Positions 61,990 through 64,000 of a stretch of DNA of 64,000 nucleotides are shown here, in pieces. Position 1 is the stretch's first letter, and each line of letters starts with the position of its first letter. Under the pieces are notes generated by a model. It did not search any database. It worked only from the letters and a program-made list of their open reading frames with translations, and was not told the origin of the DNA. A program made the translations under genes and the position numbers. The DNA comes from Nemertoderma westbladi (lineage: Eukaryota; Animalia; Xenacoelomorpha): contig JAUCBJ010001563.1 in NCBI GenBank assembly GCA_032718475.1, positions 11,240-75,239 of the forward strand. The letters run 5' to 3'.

Positions 61990-63333
61990 TAGTGTTGAGA
62001 ACTGTAACTGTAATTATACTGTAACTGCAACTGTAACTGAATGGTTTTGATGATTTTTTTGATACTGTAACTATAACTGTAACTGTAATTGCGAATTTTG
62101 AATACTGTAACTGTAACTGAAACTGTAATTACGAATTTTGAATACTGTAACTGTAACTGAAACTGAAATTAACAAAATCCGATTCAGTTCTCAATCACAC
62201 AATTAACATGAATGAGCATTTAAAACAGTATTGTAATAAAGTATAGAGTATAGTTTAATAAATGAATAACAGTGGTTACCATAGGTATCATTTTTAAAAC
62301 ATTGTTATAAAAAAACAATCTAATTTTTTCCACTTCTGAACAAAACCATAATATTACACAATATAAAATCAAAGACCCATTGCCCACTTAGCTCAAATGT
62401 GATTTATTTGGCGAGTCAAGTAGTGAACGAAGATCTACAGTAGCATATAGTCTATGTTTATCTGTCTCAACTATTAGACTATTATCAGCCTTATCACCAC
62501 TTTTGCTTCATATTAAATGTAAATGTTTTAGATAAACAAAGAAAAGTTAGGCCTAATGGTAGAGGGATATTAACGGATATATATTTTACATTATTAATTA
62601 TTAATGTTACCGGTACTATTAATATCACAATCACACTAGAGGCACAATGGAAATTAAATTTTGATCAAGTTTACCATTATAAATTACAAAATTAAACTTA
62701 AAAGTGAAAGGAGCAGCTTATCGAGGTGGGTCTAACCAAAACAATAAATATATGATTACTAAAACAAATTACGAATTAAGGAAAATGAGCAGGATTCAGA
62801 AGCATGGCTTTATAACCAAAACAATAAATGATAACAGTACTGTACAAGCACTGAAACAAGATGTGCAGTAAAATGTGGGTGCTTAGTGTGATCTTGTGAC
62901 GTGCCACTTTCATTACTTACTATCAGTATATTAGTTACAAAATATTACCATAGAGTGGGTCCAACTTTCCTACAACAACTACCTATTAGCTCTAGAAAGA
63001 GGACGTTTCGTAATGAACATTATTATTAGCGTATATAACAGTAATATATTAAAGTGCCTCATTTTTAGTTTCAGATGACTGCTTACTACATGAGATCATA
63101 TATATTGAATCTATAACTGAAACTGTAACTGAAACTGAAATGCTCAATTTTGTAATACTGAAACTGTAACTGTAACTGAAATGTTACACTTTGTAATACT
63201 GAAACTGTAACTGTAACTGAAATGCAAAACTTTGAATACTGAAACTGTAACTGTAACTGAAATGCAAAACTTTGAATACTGAAACTGTAACTGTAACTGA
63301 AATTAGTCAAAATTGATTCAGTTCTCAACACTA
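61990..63333. mobile_element. hAT-type composite element
   Basis: TIR tagtgttgagaactg / cagttctcaacacta; TSD ctactgcc/cgactgcc; (actgta)n subterminal repeats. Confidence 0.75.
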
Positions 63334-64000
63334 CGACTGCCTGACTGCACTATGCAGCTATGCCTGTATGCACTAGGCCTACCGACTAATGGCAGACTGA
63401 TCAGCCGAAAGCCGACTTGTGTAGGCCCGGCCCACCCACCAGCTGACCAGTCCATGACACATGAGAGTAAAAACCCAAGCGATCATTTTGTGAACATCCA
63501 ATGATATTGCCTGTTTTATAAATGCTTTAAGTTGTTATGGGATGTTCTGTTTGATTGGTTGTTGTGTGATTTACTTGCTAATCTTGGCCAGTATTAAATG
63601 CACTAAATCAACAAGCGATCAATGTAACTTAGTAGTTTACATTTAAATATTAGCAGTATGCCGGTAGCTCTACATGTACTCCCAGACTCTACACTCTAAC
63701 ACACTTACCTATGACGCTATGAGTGATTGTTTGCAGTGACAGTGACTGACGTAATAATGAAAGAATGCAGGAATGTACTTAAGATTATAATACAATTGAT
63801 GGACTCTTCCTCTAGGTTCTAGGATAGAGCTGTAGAGGCCAGGCCTCTTTACAGCTTTAATCTTTGTAAAATACTGTCATATCGTACAATACACAGCAGC
63901 TGAGCAGTAACTGGACATTTAATGTAGGTAAATAATATGTAATACAGATATAATATAAATAATACTTTCCCTCACTTAATAATTATCATTGCTAATTCGC

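Overview
AT-rich eukaryotic (animal-like) DNA made almost entirely of transposable elements, with one host gene: an intronless kinesin-9 (KIF6-like) at 25555-28080. Main elements, left to right: (1) A CMC/EnSpm (CACTA) transposon with an intact transposase and a spliced DUF4806-type ORF2 that runs into a 34-bp satellite. (2) A 5'-truncated, GC-rich CRE-clade retrotransposon inserted in that satellite with a 12-bp TSD. (3) A TSD-flanked, circularly permuted ~0.4-kb repeat in which a tRNA-like Pol III promoter is fused to a minimal hammerhead ribozyme (retrozyme-like). (4) A 17-kb BEL/Pao LTR element with 1158-bp LTRs, inserted into an L2 LINE. It keeps gag and protease but has lost RT, most of RNase H and integrase without breaking the frame. 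It also carries a reconstructable ~1,400-aa extra ORF of unknown function with zinc knuckles and a basic tail, now split by a 1.4-kb hAT foldback element. The rest is hAT, Harbinger and piggyBac MITEs, Helentron-type elements, tRNA-derived SINEs, RTE and Penelope relics, and satellites. All family assignments come from motif recognition by eye; no searches were run.
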